Counted from the whole stretch's first letter, positions 24,701 through 37,199 are shown. The stretch: DNA of 58,664 nucleotides, filler included, from Sphacelaria rigidula (GCA_964200075.2; 10 parts of 10 records of this genome joined end to end with filler, not necessarily neighbours in it); one strand, 5' to 3'. Notes: a model not told the origin generated them from the sequence alone. Numbers and translations are program-made.

Positions 24701-25646
24701 AACGGTTTTCAGAGTGAAGTGGTGCAAGCGGCACTCTGACTCTGAGAAAATCGCTCTGAAGAAAACTTCATAGCGGAAAGTGCACCGTTACCAGCTATTT
24801 TTCCCTCTGACTCTCAAGATTTGAAAAAACGTTTTCCGAAACTCTCCAAAATATACGACATTTTACGAAAAAAGTTATACTTTGCACGACAGTAAAAAGT
24901 ACACGACTACATATACCGAGGCTACGATTGTACAGAAGTTGATCATTTGCTAACGAAAGAGCATAATCTTCATGTACAACAGTCGGTTGAAATCCGATCC
25001 AACATATCACACCATATCCGTGAGATTCAGAGCGTAATATCGGATTCAGAGTGGATGCTCTAGCGTTCCTTACAGGCAACGTTTTTTTCTTTGCTCGTGC
25101 ACACGTCCTGTGCATGCAGCTACCGTACAGTACTCCATTCGAGGGATTCGGCGGTCTGGTTGGTGAGATACCGCACGAAGCATTTTACGCCTGAGGGGGG
25201 GGGGCATTTCGGAACTGAAACTGTTCCAGGCACTAATCGGTTTTTCCTGAAAGAGGGGATCTTTTGTTGCAATGGGCTGACTACGTCGTTGCGATCAAGT
25301 GATGTGTCGAATTNNNNNNNNNNAGGTGACAGCTTTCATTGAAGCTACCGCTTCACCAGCTGGGCGCATTACTCCTCGAACTGTGGCGATGTCAAAATCG
25401 ACGGGAAAGTCTATTATTTCGGGTCTCACTCTGAATCCGCTGTTACACTCTGAATCTCACGAATATTCTGTCATATACGACATTTTACGAAAAAAGCTGT
25501 ACTTTTCAGGACAGGAAAAAGTACACGACTACATATACCGAGGCGACGACGGACAACATGGGCTGAAACCCACTGCGAGAAAAAAGTCTGATGGGAAAAC
25601 GTTTTTCCTGAAAAAAAAACTGCTCGCAAACAATCGCAGAGAGTAA

Positions 25647-26468
25647 GGCCGGATGTTATGGCAACAGATCTTCGGCCCCGGATCTTCAAAATTCGTGTGA
25701 CACATGTTATGGGTACATATTTATCGAAATGTTGGGTGAAAAAATCCGTGGCCAAGATTCGGGGCCCGAGTCACACAGAATTTTGGGCAAACTGGCGGGG
25801 GTCGGCAAGCGCAGATTTTTGCACACGGATTTTTGCGTTTTGGCCAGCAGACCGTCATAATGGGGTCACGCCGCGTTTTTCTTGTATGTGCCGGCGTGCT
25901 GGCTGCGCCTTTGTGAGTGATCCTGTCGACAACAACCAACAACAACACACGAAGTAAACCACACACCGCAGCCGACACGCTATGAAGCCCGCTTCGCGCG
26001 TACGAGACAAAAAACGACACGCCTTGCTCGTCGGTCTTCTGGCAAAAGCATCGCAGAGACGTTGAGAGAGTAGACATGTGATGCGAACTGTCGCTGTCTG
26101 GCGGGTAGTTCTGCGATCCTTCGATGAAGGATTTAACTTTAGCAAGAACGAGGGGGGCATGGTCACTTACTTATGTCCTCGAAAGAACCGGCACTGGTGT
26201 TAGTGGGGTGGTGATGACCTCTCTGCGGCAGTGACGCTACATTACTACAGCACGCCACAGCACACGAAACATCTACAAGACTGTGAGCTGTTGAAACACG
26301 CTAAACGTAAAACTCGAAACCCTGGTGGAGGTATGCTAATCAGAACAGCATGGTATGAAAATCTGTGTGCTACCATAATATCGTTCCCGAAACCAAATTT
26401 GCCGCGGATTTGTTTCACCAGGATTCCAAATTCTGTGGGCCAAAAATCTGTTGCCATAACATCCGGCC
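25647..26468. mobile_element. PIF/Harbinger-like non-autonomous element (Tourist-type)
   Basis: Perfect TIR GGCCGGATGTTATGGCAACAGAT / ATCTGTTGCCATAACATCCGGCC with TAA on both sides (25644-25646 and 26469-26471). An uninterrupted paralogue of the target lies at ~28085-28150. Confidence 0.85.
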
Positions 26469-26576
26469 TAAAGACGGAAACGTAAAAGCACACGACAAAA
26501 CCCTCGCGAAACAACCGGTGTCACACTCCCACTATGTATGTAACTCACCAAAAAGCAGTGTAAACCTGTACAACCG

Positions 26577-28170
26577 CTCCGGTCTACACCTTTCGGAATA
26601 TATATGTGGGCGCACCAGCCGGGGTCACACAGGAGCTTGTTCTTCTTTATTTGATTCAACTGCGATGCTTGCCTTTATTTTCCATCACGAGAAGGGCTCA
26701 GCAGTCCCTTTCCCTCGTAGTCGATTTTTGTGTACCCACGACATGTTCGCTCTCCACTGTTGCGCATGGTGTGAGGGGAAGACAATTATCGTATAAAAAA
26801 AGTTTTTGCCAACAAATACACAAAGTCAAGACGTGAATCGGCATCGTTTTCAGTCTTTTTCAAGATAAAATGATGCCAATCTCAAAGTGACCCGTCCAAC
26901 ACCCCGAAAAACATTTTCGCCAAAAAGTGAACTTCTACCATGGCATGGCTCCGGTCTACACCTTTCGGTATATACATGTGGGCGCACCAGCCGGGGTCAC
27001 ACAGAAGCTTTTTATCATTTGTTTCTAATACGCCACCTTCCTTCTGCGGTACTTGCTGTCATTATTTATCGCTTACTGTGCAATCGAAATATCCGGGGAC
27101 TCGACATTAAAATGTACGCAGGGGACTTTTCGTGAAACGGTATCATTTTCAGTCTTTTTCAAGTTAAAATTATGCCGATTCTCAAAGTGACCTGTCCAAC
27201 ACCCCGAGAGACATTTTCGCCAAAAAGTGAACTTCTACCATAGCATGGCTCTGATCTACACATTTCGGTATATATCTCTGGGCGCACCATCCGAGGTCAC
27301 ACAGGAGCTTTTTTTTGTTTGTTTTTAGTACCCCACCTTCCTCCTGCGGTGCTTGCCTTTATTATTTATCGCTTACTGTGCAATCGGAATATTCGGGGAC
27401 CGGATATGAAGATGTACGCAGGTGACTTTTCGTGAATCGGCATCATTTTCAGTCTTTTTTTTCAAGATCAAATGGTGTCGATTCTCAACACCCCGAGAAA
27501 GATTTTCACCGAAAAAGTGACCTTCTGCCATAGCATGGCTCCGATCTACATCATTGGGTATGTGTTATTTTTCATTTATTTTTAGTACGCCACCTTCCTC
27601 CTGCGGTGCTTGCCTTCATTACTTATCCCGAGAAGGGTTCAGCAGTCTCTTTCCCTCGTCACGTTTATCGTAAAAAAAAACTCTTGCAAACAAATACACA
27701 AAGTAAAGATGTGAATCGGCATCATTTTCAGTCTTTTTGAAGATAAAATGGTGCCGATTCTCAAAGTGACCCGTCTAACACCCCGAGAAAGATTTTCGCA
27801 CAAAAGGGGAACTTTTACCATAGCATGGCTCCGGTCTACACCTTTCAGTATATATGTGTGGGCGCACCAGCCGGGGTCACACAGGAGCTTGTTCTTCTTT
27901 ATTTGTTTTTACGACGCCACCTTCCTTCTGCGGTGCTTGCCTTCAATATTTATCGCGAGAAGGGTTCAGCAGTCCCTTTCCCTCGTCGACCGTTGAGTCG
28001 ACTTTTGTGTATTCACATGCTCGCCCTCCACTGTTGGGCATGGTGTGAGGGGAAGACGTTCACCGTACAAAAAACCTTCTTGCGAACAAATACACAAAGT
28101 CAAGACGGAAAAGTAAAGGCACAACAAGACTTTCGCAAAACAACCGGTGTCGCTCCTCTACTATGTATCT
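26577..28170. repeat. Tandem array (~300-bp period, 5 SINE-derived segments) of a composite unit
   Basis: SINE1 fragments start at ~26577, 26949, 27249, 27539 and 27829. They alternate with a ~120-bp block gtgaa(t/a)cgg(c/t)atc...gcatggct at 26832, 27132, 27432 and 27711. Confidence 0.9.
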
Positions 28171-30261
28171 TCAGTACGAAGGAGCAATGATTTTTTGTAC
28201 AACCTGCAAGTTGAAATATCCCTCAACATTTGCGTATCAACCTCCGGTGATACAACAACAATATACGAACAAAGCTCAACCGAGGACGTTCATTGACTCT
28301 GGCACTATCTCAGCAAATTTACGAATAGCTCTAAGAAAAGCACAGACATTACTGCTGAACATAAACTCTTGGTTACGATGGCAAATATTGAATACTGAAA
28401 GCAAGACACAGCAGAAGGTCGTGGGAGTTGACCGGAACAGAAAGGAGGTACTACCGTCTATTTTGCGCAAACTTTCAAACACTGACAGGTTGGATCGTTC
28501 ACACAAATGTGATATCTCCTGTGTATTCGTGTATGCATGCTCCCGTTTTTCATAATCAAATTTCCGTCTTCCAGAATTTAGGTGTCAGATCCACGATCAG
28601 AGTTCCGCGTATTGCCCATCACGCGCGAACTCTCAGGCACTGAGAGGTTGGGTCGAAGGTCGAATCTCGCCCGCGTCGATGGTGACCGGTGATGGGAAAA
28701 CATTGCACTGTCTCATCAAGCTTTCGAAAATGAAAAATGTCGCAGGGTGAAGTAGAGCTAAAGGGTTTTGTGAAGCGTACTGTTTTACGAGTAGGTCTAA
28801 TTGACCCGCTTGCATGGGAGCGTTCGCACGTAATCTTACAGGCTGGTTCACGGTGATCACCCAAAATTGTGTCATAAGCAAATGCCTTCCGCAATACGCA
28901 TCCAATAGTCGCATATATGGTATCATACTGACCGCAATGAGGAGACGAAGAGGGTGACATAGCCGGATTTTCGTTTAAGGCCGTATCGGTGGCGCTATGG
29001 ACGAGAATGTGTCCCAGCCAATCAGCGCCCTTCAAATTGTTCCGAGGTCTGAATTACGAATACCAAGCCCAATTTTTACCCAATCTCTACATGCTTCAAA
29101 TCGTAGTAACCGTCATCGACACGGGAATCTAACGAGAAAATCATATTTCAAAAACGGATACTACAAGGGTCAAATTATACCCGAAACCGTGATGTTTCGG
29201 TGATGTCGGGTGTTGGCGTCGTCAAATTTCCACTATTGATACGCACGAAAGACCCAGGGAGCCTCGTGACGGTGTCCCCTATATNNNNNNNNNNNNNNNN
29301 NNNNNNNNNNNNNNNNNNNNNNNNNNNNTTAATTAATTAANNNNNNNNNNNNNNNNNNNNNNNNNNNNNNNNNNNNNNNNNNNNCCCCCCCCCCCCTTCG
29401 GCGGTCGTAGGATTTTTTTTTTCACAGTAAGAAACACTCAATAAAGAGTCATTTTAGGGCGACCTGGGTGGTGAGGTAGCGCGCATAACTGGTGGCCTTA
29501 TCTGCCACCACAACATTGGACGCAAATTGGCGGTGCAGATAGATGCGTTACGCTCGATAGAGCAAGCATCGCAGATCATCGTGGTATTTGTCTGATCTTG
29601 TTCTTGTCGTGGAAGTGTGATGTGCAATGTATTATTATTGCCGAAGTCGTGAATATAACTTGGCCTCGGCTCCGAAGGTATGCGCGAAGTATCAAAGCTT
29701 CATTAACACGGATTTTTATTCTTCATATACTTTTTTTTACATACATGTATGGGATTTAGTTACCCCCTCCTCCCCCCCCGAAAACACCAAGGTTTGAAAA
29801 AATCGGCATAGGGCCTCGCATTTTTGGGGGGGGGCACTCCTGATCAAAACGAGAAAACTCCGCTCATCAAACCGATTCCACCGTCCCATTTTTTCGTCCG
29901 AAACAAATAGGTGCTGAAACACGCCCTCATGGCACCGCCGCATCGCTTGATATAACCTTAGGATGCAGCAGCAGGGGGTCCTGAAACAACAGAGGATCCT
30001 GGAAAATGGGAGAGAGATTTTCTCACTAAGCCTTAGACCGCGGTGCGAGTACCGTAGTCCATCTGGATCACGGGTACTTCTTTCAAGCGAATGCTGATGC
30101 CGATTCGGCAGGTGATCTACCCTCGCGGTCAAAGAAAGGCTAAAACGAACTGAGTTCGACATTTATCTATCCTGAAAAAGTTTCGGCACAGATCGAAATT
30201 CATTTCAGAGTCAGAGTGGATGCTTTGAAAGTTCAGAGTAGGCACTAAAAAGGGTCGATGT

Positions 30262-31170
30262 CCTAGCGGAAGCTGATGTGACGTGGCTTGACGTGCATTT
30301 TTTTGTCGCAGTAATTGAACGCCGGTTACCTCGCCAAAATGTGCGATCGACCACCGTCCAGTTCGAACCTGCATAGGTCAGCACAGCGCTGTACAACATT
30401 GACGAGTCTCCGTCGTCCCGTACTCTTCGCCACCGTGTCGTACCGTACCGTACCGTACCGTACCGTACCGTACCGTACCGTACCGTACACTGCGCTTCAC
30501 CGCACTTGCCCGACTTCACTGCGCTATACCTCCACCGCACTGCAGGGCACTGCAGTTCTGCGCAGTATTATATACGGTACAGTGCAGTTAGTACATTGCA
30601 CTGTAACAGTGCAATGCGAAACCCCATACAGTACATCGCGGTACGGTAAAGTACAGTGATTCCGTGTACAGACAGCACGGCAGCATTTCCAAATAATAGA
30701 CAAAGCCGCACTGCAGCGATGTTGCAACGTGCCACCCGTAACGGTGGTGCAAGCGAGGTCATGATGACCTCTACCGGAATGGCAATGCATAGCCAGGTGC
30801 AGAACTACTGATTGCGCGCTGTTGACTATACAAATCATTTGCACCGTCTCCTTTTACCTGAGGCTCGCAAGAGTGCGAGGAGCTGTGCCCAGCAAGACAA
30901 CGTCTTGTAACCGCCGAGCATCCAATTTTCACGCAACGCAACCAAGCGAATGCTGCAGCATGATACCATGGCGGCGGCAGGGAGGTCGTTTGTTTGCGAG
31001 GCCAAGCGTTACTATTTCGTGGCTAGTCCATTGTGAAAGTTATTGCACTTGTGATTGATGTCTCACTCCGCTATTATTATCGTATTGTTTTAGTCATGAT
31101 ATATATATTGGGTGTGAACTGGCTGCGGCAGTGGTGGTGGGGATGGGGGTGATTCCTTTTAGTTTCATAC
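30262..31170 (+). mobile_element. Second copy of the 23860-24700 element, containing a (TACCG)n microsatellite
   Basis: Shared colinear blocks with 23860-24700; pure TACCG run at ~30440-30487. Confidence 0.65.
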
Positions 31171-32529
31171 TGAAGGCTGAGTAGAAACATCCGATTTCAG
31201 GGTGCGGATGGGGATGGGAACATATCTGCATGGCCCAATGGACTCGGCGAAAAATTTGAAATTGCGATTTCGGGTGGGGGCTTCGCCGAACCTGCCAGAC
31301 CAGAGAGATACACCAGAATAGACAGAGCAGGGAGAAAACGATGGCCGCAGACGACGGAACAGGAAGGGGATGAGATATGTAAAATATTTTTGTGTAATAA
31401 TGTACGGAAGAAACGCAACGAGCACCGACATGTTGGAGGTATCTTTATATTAGGAGTAGGAACGGTGTCTCGTCTCGAAAGGTGGGCATGGTCAATCGTC
31501 AAGCCACCAAGGCAAGCAGCATGCGAACATGCCCTCCCCCCTCCCCTTCTCCCCTCGCCTCATCATATAGCATCAACATTTTTCATTCTTTAGTCGAGCA
31601 ACTAGTAGTGCACAAAAATGACACCACCTGCACCCAAAAGGTGCCCAAGAGACCACTTATAGTACACTAATCCTTAAGAACCTGAAAAAAAGAGGGAGTA
31701 GTAGTGCTGCGTCCAGGTTACTCTTTCGTCCCCTCAAAGTAGAGGACTGTTCACTGCTTGTTCACCTGCATCCATCCGCAAATGCGGTACTGCACCTGCA
31801 TCCGCAAATGTCTTTAGCTGTGAACGATTCAAAGACATACGTTTGACGGGTGCCATTTGACAATAATTGTATAGTTCCTCGACGTCAGTTCGTTCCGTTG
31901 GAAAATCTCGTTCCCGTTTTTCAGGATCCCCTGTTTTTCATGGGTCCATATAGTACAGCCATCATTAGAGAAAAGAGTTGGCTATTGAGTCGATTCATCT
32001 GGTGGACTTCCTGTTGCCCCCCTGCCTCGTGATAACCCGCAACAGAATTTTTGCAATGGAATAGAGTAGTAATGCTTATCCCGAGTTCGAGACGTTTTGT
32101 GTTCAGTGTAGATGTTTCGTTTCTTGCCTTCCTCTGCGGGCTGTTTGATTTATGGATATCGGTGGTATGCTCCATGCACTCTCTGACCACGGGTTCGAGA
32201 GATTGAGCTAGTGTGGCGAACATAAGTCTGCCCGTCCCAGCCGCCGGCTCCCCGCACACCACTGCACAATCATTCTCTTACTTTGCTGGGATTACTTAGT
32301 CACTTCCACCAACTGTTGCTACTACAGTACACACGCACGCGCGCACGATCATCAGGGGTGTATGCAAAGGTGCGACCGGGTGGAACTGCAGCTATCCGTA
32401 CCGACGCCTTCGTACTTGTTGGGCAACGGAGCTCTCGCGTGCAGGCAGTATATATATATCTTAATAATATAGCACTGTAGGGTGTTGCATTCATATATTA
32501 TTTGCTCTGAGGATCTTCATTTGGTCGAC

Positions 32530-32636
32530 ATGACTCGCCCTGCACTAGTGATCGGCATCATCGGCGTCTTGGCCGCCGGAGCTCGCGCGCTAGATGTGAC
32601 TCAGCCCCATCTTGGCGAGCTCGTCGAAGGCGAAAG
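32530..32636 (+). CDS. First exon of a putative secreted protein (partial)
   Basis: MTRPALVIGIIGVLAAGARA-LDVTQPHLGELVEGE: basic residue, hydrophobic core and A-x-A cleavage site, ending at an AG|GTGAGC donor. An AT-rich TATA-like tract lies at ~32448-32472. A possible next acceptor is at 33796. Confidence 0.6.
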
Positions 32637-33105
32637 GTGAGCTAACGGTTGCTTTTCCGCACTACGGCAATGCAGGCAGGCACGTCGTGGTCGGCTATAC
32701 TGCACCAGCTGATGTTTCTTTCTCGACCACACGAGTTTGAATAGGTGGGGCAATGCATTTTGGCATCATGCACGCATGGTTCACCATTCATTAGAGACTG
32801 CCGTATGTATGTGGTAAGACCAATATTTCTTGACCTTCAACCGCGATAGGTCATCCGTTGAATCGGCATAAACTTCAACTAAATAAAGTATTCATGATTC
32901 AAATGCACTACCCTCGTGGTCGAAGGGTTAATTAACCCACGAGAAATCGATGCCGATCGCACGGAAGGCCTATACTCTCGCTGTCTGAGGGTAAACATGT
33001 TCGTGAGATATAACCCTCTGCGGCGACCCTCTACACACCCTCCACAAGATCCAGAACCCTCTGTGGCGATCCTTCACGATTTCGTACACAACCTCCACCA
33101 TGTAA

Positions 33106-33531
33106 CAGTGGATTCTCGAAAATGGGGTTGAAAAAGCACGTGGGGTTCAACTCAAAAGCCGTGCTTCCCCTGATCTAAATTTATGACAAGTAAATGACTT
33201 TCATATGCTTGTGAAAGACCCCATCCCTCCCGACCTGCCTAAAACTATTTCGGGGGATTTCTAACCTTCCGTTTCCTCAAAGGATGTGTGCGAAAGCACG
33301 ATTTTTGGGACGTCTTTTTTCCACCCCGAAATCGAGACGAAAGTGTGCTTTCGCACATACATATCCTTTGGGGGGACGGGAAGCTAGAAACCCCCCGAAA
33401 TAGTTTAGCCAGGTCGGGAGGGATGAGGTCGTCCGTATGAACGTCATTTGTCATGAATTTAGGTCAGGGGAAGCTCGTCGTTTGAGTTGAACCTCACTTG
33501 TTTTTTCAACCCCATTTTTGAGAAGCCACTG
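33106..33531. mobile_element. MITE with ~140-150-bp TIRs starting CAGTGG (Tc1/mariner-like ends)
   Basis: cagtggattctcgaaaatggggttgaaaaa...tcccgacctg..aaactatttcggggg is mirrored by cccccgaaatagttt..caggtcggga...tttttcaaccccatttttgagaagccactg. A fragment lies at 47013-47090. The TA target site is not preserved. Confidence 0.8.
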
Positions 33532-33864
33532 TCATGTGCAGCCTTGCGGCGAGAGCAAAATGTTCACCTGTGTGCGGTTTGAGTACAAATACGATTTTTG
33601 AAATGGATGTACTACAAACAGGTCCGAGGAGAAGAAGCAGAATGATCCTTCTGTAAACCCCTCGCCTCCCTCAACAACGGCACTACTCGTATGGTTGAGC
33701 AAATCAACCCGGTTTTTTATGCCTGTTTGCCCGTGTGACCGGCTGGATGTAGGAGCTTCTTTCTCCCCTCCCCGCCGAGTTCAACTCATCGTGTAGGTAC
33801 ACTGCACCGCTCACTGTGAAACGGGGTGTCGGTTTCTCGATGTCTGCTCGAACACGTGCAACAA

Positions 33865-34170
33865 TGATTTCGCAAGATTGAGAGTAGTAGAGGATACGAT
33901 TGAGAATGAAAAGCGATCAATTAGTGAATGAATCGTTTCAGTTCCGAAATGCCCCTCCACGAGGCTCAATATTATGCTTTCTCTAGTAGCTTGCCACTGA
34001 GACCCTTGATTTCCCTGAGTAGGATACCGACGTGTAGCTGTAGGCACACGCCAGTGATAGAGGCAAAGAAAAGCACACACACAGCATGAAGACTTGGCTA
34101 AATTAAAGCGAATGATCGAAGCCACTCTCAATCAGCGTTCAATTCTCAATCTAATAATGCACGAAAACGT
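33865..34170. mobile_element. ~300-bp MITE family
   Basis: gattgagagtag...ctcaatc inverted motifs. A reverse-oriented copy is at 45247-45540 and a clipped copy at 5704-5777. Confidence 0.7.
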
Positions 34171-34659
34171 TGTTATCTGCTGCCAGACCCCCGTTGATTT
34201 CCTTTCCTGAATCCAGAAATCGTGAGGGCTGTGAACTGACTGCTTTGGCTAGTTACTTAACCTGGCCGCGCCAGCAGCTAGTACATCGATGGTTTTCCAG
34301 TTAATCGGCTATTGACTGGAAACACATCGGCGACGCCCCCCCCCGCGGGTGGTGAGAAGGCCCCGCGGCAGCGCCGCCGGAGGCGAGAAAACATGCGTTA
34401 TTTGGCTTGTGTTCTCCCTTCAAAAATGTTGTAAGTTGTAGAAAATGTGACCCCTCTCGACATCGAGGAGCTGAAAGTCTTGGAGATCACATTTAAATCA
34501 CATTCAAAGCGGTGAGCGACTCGAAGTTATTCATCTGTAATAGGCAGCAGCAAACTCTCCGTGAGGAGAGGATGCAACGAAGTCAAGGCTGGCAGCACGC
34601 CGGGATAAGGTATGCTATAAATATAAAAAAAATACAGGCCTTGGTTTTCAGGGACTCCT

Positions 34660-35112
34660 ACATATTATTCTGGAACGGTCCCTTTACGCTAAATTTTCCT
34701 ATCGCGATCGTATTGCGATAGTATCGCGATAGAAGACAAATTTCTCGATCACGATGGTATCGCGATGGTATCGCGACAGGGGAATATGACTAGGATAGCA
34801 TCGACATATCATCGCGATACAATCGCGATGGAGAGAAATTGCATTTTTTTATCGCAATACTATCTGCCACAGGATCACATAGTTTCTTGCAACGACCACT
34901 GGCGACACATGAAACATTTTCGCGAGGAAATATTTAGGGCCAGACAATTTACCTCTGGTCGTAAACGATGCTATCGCGATGCCAATCCTGGCCATTTCTC
35001 GCCATCGTGATACCATCGCGGTAGAGAAATTTGTCTTTCCTTCCATCGCGATACTATCGCGATACCACTTTTAGGGTCAAATAGGCCTAAATGGACAGTT
35101 CCAGAATATGTG
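34660..35112. mobile_element. Foldback MITE with palindromic ATCGCGAT subrepeats
   Basis: tattctggaac / gttccagaata ends; inverted aagacaaatttctc / gagaaatttgtctt; about ten atcgcgat-like motifs. Confidence 0.8.
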
Positions 35113-36149
35113 GTACAAACAGCCGATCTTCTATGTTGAGGATGGTGCTTTTCATTAAGGNNNNNNNNNNNNNNNNNNNNNNNNNNNNNNNNNNNNNNNN
35201 NNNNTTAATTAATTAANNNNNNNNNNNNNNNNNNNNNNNNNNNNNNNNNNNNNNNNNNNNATACTCCCTTGCACGTTCTGGGCTATTCTCAGCTACCGAG
35301 ATCAACTGCCTACACACCGCTTCTTCCTCGCCGCCCACTACATACATATTAACTGCACACTGCAAGTCATCGGCAGAGGGATAAGCAGAATTCATGACGG
35401 TAGCTCCTTGTCTTTCCACGGCCCACCTGCGTTTAGTGCCTCGTGAAAATGACCACATTGTATCATGTACTCTCCTTCCCGGTTTTTCCGGTTCACGCTG
35501 TGTTAGTGTAATTACTGCGTTTCGTGTGGCACCACACACTTGTCCGCAGCAGGAATGACCGTAGGGATGTTGCAAAATAAGGTACGAGTAAATGCTATTT
35601 GCGGTTTGGGGTCAGAAGCTTTCGCCGATCGGCGTAGAAGTGGGATCAGTAGCCTGGTCAGGGAACGGATTAGAGGGACGAGTAGAGACCTCATTGGGGA
35701 AAGGCCGCTCATGACGCCGAGTCACATGATGGATGCTACATCAAAATAGTGGCAACGAAAGGGATACCGTAACATACGGTAAACGAATGGATGAGTGAAG
35801 AGTAGTACAGTCATGTGTCAACGAAGAGGATTGGATGCCGGAATTGGAGCCGAGACTAAGTTGTCGGTCACATGTGCACGGGAGTGTCTTGCCCCTACGG
35901 AATGGATTGCGTTGGTGTGGCGGGGGAGAGCGTAGGGGAGACATGCTGTACCCGCGCGTCGGCTTAGGTTCTTGTGGAGGCTGGTGCGACTGCGCTCAGC
36001 GCAATCTCCAGATGGGAGCCGACGGTGGGATACGTGAGGAGTCACACTGTTTTTGAACGGGTGATTCATGAGGTTTTCCCTACCCACCCCCCACAAGCTG
36101 GGTAGGGGGCGGGAGTGCATAATGTGACAAAATTCGAAAGCAACTGTAC

Positions 36150-36847
36150 AAAAGGCTCGATTCTGTGTCAGGGAAGAATCCATGTTTTGTGCAGAAGCGG
36201 GAAGAATTTTCCCAGATGTTTGTAGTGTTTGCAGTATCTAGAAGCTATTTCAAAACACAATGACATGCAAGATTGCCTGTGTGATGAACCAAGTGAGTCA
36301 GTTCAGTGTGGGAGAAGCAGCAAGGTACAAGGGTAAGTGCATCCACGATGAAGTGACAATAATGGTGTCTTCGTTGAAGTCGAGGTTTATGAGATTCGGG
36401 AGACGGGTGCGGTGCGACCATCAGTTGGTGACAGCATCGCGAATCGATGTTGTCTGAGATTTTTCCCGCCCACCCCTCCCATTGGCGCTTTATCGGATTG
36501 GATTGGGTTTGAGGATTGGTGACGCCGCTTGTAAAAATCTCAGACAACATCGATTCGCGATGCTGTCACCAACTGATGGTCGCACCACACCCGTCTCCCG
36601 GATCTCATAAACCTCGACTTCAACGAAGACACCATTATTGCCACTTCATCGTGGATGCACTTGCCCTTGTACCTTACTGCTTCTCCTACACTGAATTGAC
36701 TCACTTGGTTCATCACACAGGCAATCTTGCATGTCAATGTGTTTTGAAATGGCTTCTAGATACTGCAACCACCACAAACATCAGGGAAAATTCTTCCCGC
36801 TTCTGCACAAAACATGGATTCTTCCCTGACAAAGAATCGAGTCTTTT
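36150..36847. repeat. Long inverted repeat: ~315-bp arms with a ~68-bp spacer
   Basis: 36150-36464 pairs with 36533-36847. I counted about 14 substitutions by eye and saw no indels. Confidence 0.93.
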
Positions 36848-37199
36848 ACGTAGTATAAAATTGTGACCCAAAAAAACACCGGAAAACTCGGGAAAGCTGT
36901 ACTGAGTGCAAGTAATATCACATTACCAAGTTCCGACCGCCCTGCACTTGGAGACCTGGGAAGGTTTCTCTGGGCCAGGGATAGCGTGCCCACACGATCT
37001 TTGCAGTGGTATCACACTCGCCAACAATCCCCGCGCTGGTCGTTCGGGTCTGGTCGATAAATCTCGCCTCGCCGTGATTGGGCAGGTCGCTCGAACACTC
37101 ATTTTTAATTATTTCGCCAACACAGGGTCAATCCTGTGTTAGTGGGGGGTCGGTCCCAAAAGGGTTAAGGTGAGCGAGATGTCGTGACGTCCCTTTAGC

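Noticed and set aside
26577..28170. CRISPR-like or cassette array
   Set aside because: Units are ~300 bp, the spacers are themselves repeated, there are no cas or integrase genes and the context is eukaryotic.
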